Positions 53,872 through 55,640 of a stretch of 55,640 bases of DNA are shown piece after piece. This DNA comes from a virus. Its lineage: Duplodnaviria > Caudoviricetes. The stretch covers positions 1 to 55,640 of IMG/VR virus record IMGVR_UViG_3300014711_000002; one strand, given 5' to 3'. Each line of letters begins with the position of its first letter. The stretch's first letter is position 1. The notes under the pieces were generated by a model. It did not search any database. It saw only the letters and a program-made list of their open reading frames with translations, and had not been told where the DNA came from. The position numbers and the translations under genes are program-made.

Positions 53872-55487
53872 TGCTCATCCCCCGCCCCTACCAATCCAAG
53901 GTTGTCGAGGACCTGTGGTCCTACTTCAACACCCACCCTGACGGCAACCCCGTCGTCGAGGCCTGCGTGGGTGCAGGCAAGTCGATGATGGTGGCCATGA
54001 TCGCGCAGCGTGCCATGCAAGAGTTCCCCGGAACCCGCATCGTGGTCATCGTGCCCAGCAAGGAACTGCTCGTGCAGAACGTGCAGGAGCTGTACACCGT
54101 CTGGCCCGAGGCCAGCGCCGGGGTTTACTCCGCCGCCGTGGGGCGCAAGCAGTTGGGCTTTGACCTGACCTACGCCACGATCGGCAGCATCTACAAGCAA
54201 GCGCACCGCATGGGGCGAATCGACCTGATCCTGGCCGACGAGTGCCACGGCATCGCCACGTCAGACACCGGCATGTGGCGACAGTTCGTGTCCGACCTGC
54301 GCCGCTACGGCAGCCCCGCCCGCGTTGTGGGCCTCACGGGCACACCCTTCAGGGGCAACGGTGTCTGGCTCACTCATGGCGACGACCCGCTGTTCACCCA
54401 CATCTGCAGCCGCGTGACCATCAAGGAGCTGCTGGACTTGGGTTTTCTGTCGCCACTGACCACGGTGCCGACGCAAACCCACATCGACACCAGCAGCGTG
54501 CGCACAGTGGCGGGCGACTACAACTTGCAAGACCTGGCCATGGTGTCCGACAAGGATGAGCTGGTGCAGGCCGCCTGCGACGAGATCGTCGTCTTGGGTG
54601 CGCCCCGCAAGAAGTGGCTGGTGTTCGCCGTCAACGTGGCCCACGCCGAGCACGTCTGCGCCGCCCTGCTGCAGCGTGGTGTGCCCACCGCGGTGGTGAC
54701 GGGCGACACGCCAGCCGCCCAGCGTGACGCCGCCATTGCCGAGTACCGCGCCGGGCGACTGCGCTGCCTGGTAAATGTCAGCGTATTGAGCGTTGGTTTT
54801 AATGTCAGGGACATCGACTTCCTCGTGCTGCTGCGGGCAACCAAGTCGCCCGTGCTGTACGTGCAGATCCTTGGCCGCGCCCTGCGCACCGCCGACGGAA
54901 AGGCCGACGCCCTGGTGGCCGACTTCACCGACACCATCGCCACGCTGGGCCCGGTCGATGCCATCAAGGGCCGCGTACCCACGGGCGGACGCAAGGGCGA
55001 GGCACCGACCAAGCTGTGCCCCAACTGCGGCAACCCCAACCCAGCCAGCGCCACCGAATGCGTGGAGTGCGGCCATGAGTTCCCACCCCCCGAACGCATC
55101 AAGCACGGGGCCACAGCGTCATCCGCTGCGGTACTGAGCAGCCAAAAAGAAACGCTGTTCGAGACCGTGCCCGTGAGCGAGGTGCGCTACCGCCTGCACA
55201 ACAAGCCAGGCAGTCCGGCCAGCCTGCGCGTGGAGTACTACGACGGCGTGCTCAAGAAGGCAGCGGAGTGGTGCTGCCTATCGCATCAGGGCTTCGCACG
55301 GACGAAGGCCGAGAAGTGGTGGCAGCAGCGGTCCAAGATCGACGCCATCCCGGGCAGCACCGAGGAGGCCATTGAGTGGCTCGAGTACGACAACTCGATC
55401 CTGCGTGCGCCAGAGGCCATCATCGTCACCAAGGCGGAGAAGTACCCGTCAATCGTTTCATACCACTGGGAAAGGAGAGCGTCATGA
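53871..55487 (+). CDS. SF2 DEAH-type helicase (RadD/YejH-like) with zinc ribbon
   Basis: GAGKS; DECH; GLTGTP; Q..GR..R; CPNC...CVEC. Confidence 0.93.
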   Translation: MLIPRPYQSKVVEDLWSYFNTHPDGNPVVEACVGAGKSMMVAMIAQRAMQEFPGTRIVVIVPSKELLVQNVQELYTVWPEASAGVYSAAVGRKQLGFDLTYATIGSIYKQAHRMGRIDLILADECHGIATSDTGMWRQFVSDLRRYGSPARVVGLTGTPFRGNGVWLTHGDDPLFTHICSRVTIKELLDLGFLSPLTTVPTQTHIDTSSVRTVAGDYNLQDLAMVSDKDELVQAACDEIVVLGAPRKKWLVFAVNVAHAEHVCAALLQRGVPTAVVTGDTPAAQRDAAIAEYRAGRLRCLVNVSVLSVGFNVRDIDFLVLLRATKSPVLYVQILGRALRTADGKADALVADFTDTIATLGPVDAIKGRVPTGGRKGEAPTKLCPNCGNPNPASATECVECGHEFPPPERIKHGATASSAAVLSSQKETLFETVPVSEVRYRLHNKPGSPASLRVEYYDGVLKKAAEWCCLSHQGFARTKAEKWWQQRSKIDAIPGSTEEAIEWLEYDNSILRAPEAIIVTKAEKYPSIVSYHWERRAS

Positions 55488-55600
55488 GTAAAGCAGTTCA
55501 AGATCAACAAGAGGTCGAGCGCCTGCGGGCATCCCTCGAGAGCAAACTTCAAAGGGCACCGGCCTGTATCGCCGGCGCATCGGTGCAGGCCGTCCGCGAC
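55484..55600 (+). CDS. 5' part of the junction-spanning small protein (continues at 19-111)
   Basis: See feature 1-111. Confidence 0.8.
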
Positions 55601-55640
55601 CTCGTCGCACTCATCGAGTCCGGTGCGGTCGACCAGTGTT

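Larger units (their letters stand above)
1..55600. mobile_element. Complete temperate phage genome (podovirus-like), circularly permuted, excised (attP) form
   Basis: Full set of lysogeny, replication, packaging, capsid, tail and lysis modules. No tape-measure or sheath gene seen. 18-bp terminal overlap with an ORF continuous across it. Intact attP next to int. Confidence 0.93.

Overview
The window is an apparently complete, circularly permuted genome (~55.58 kb) of a temperate, short-tailed (podovirus-like) dsDNA phage. The host is probably a Betaproteobacterium (inferred from the tRNA-Cys attP core and GC content). Bases 1-18 recur at 55583-55600, and a small ORF reads cleanly across that junction. 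Plus-strand early arm (49578-end, then 1-4116): short CI repressor, Sak4-like AAA ATPase, DUF669 SSB, Cas4-like exonuclease, SF2 helicase, excisionase, tyrosine integrase, attP (3' half of tRNA-Cys), then a small accessory cluster (Acb2/Tad1-like hairpin, RyR-domain protein, MazG-like pyrophosphatase). Minus-strand arm (49505 to 4141): Cro, Prim-Pol/helicase, RusA, Q-like protein, small modular genes, TerS, TerL, portal, an accessory virion module, scaffold, N4-gp56-type capsid, free-standing HNH, tail and fibres, lysis genes, ejection proteins and a 3469-aa polyvalent protein. The most striking feature is the TerL intein (40073-41065). It has no in-frame endonuclease, but a complete zinc-finger HNH endonuclease is encoded in the overlapping +1 frame inside it, with both frames open for 870 nt. 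Second, a 16-bp imperfect palindrome (TATCA-N6-TGATA) sits in the spacer or -10 of almost every identifiable promoter. Four late promoters are followed directly by intrinsic terminators. Family assignments come from motif recognition by eye, not from database searches.
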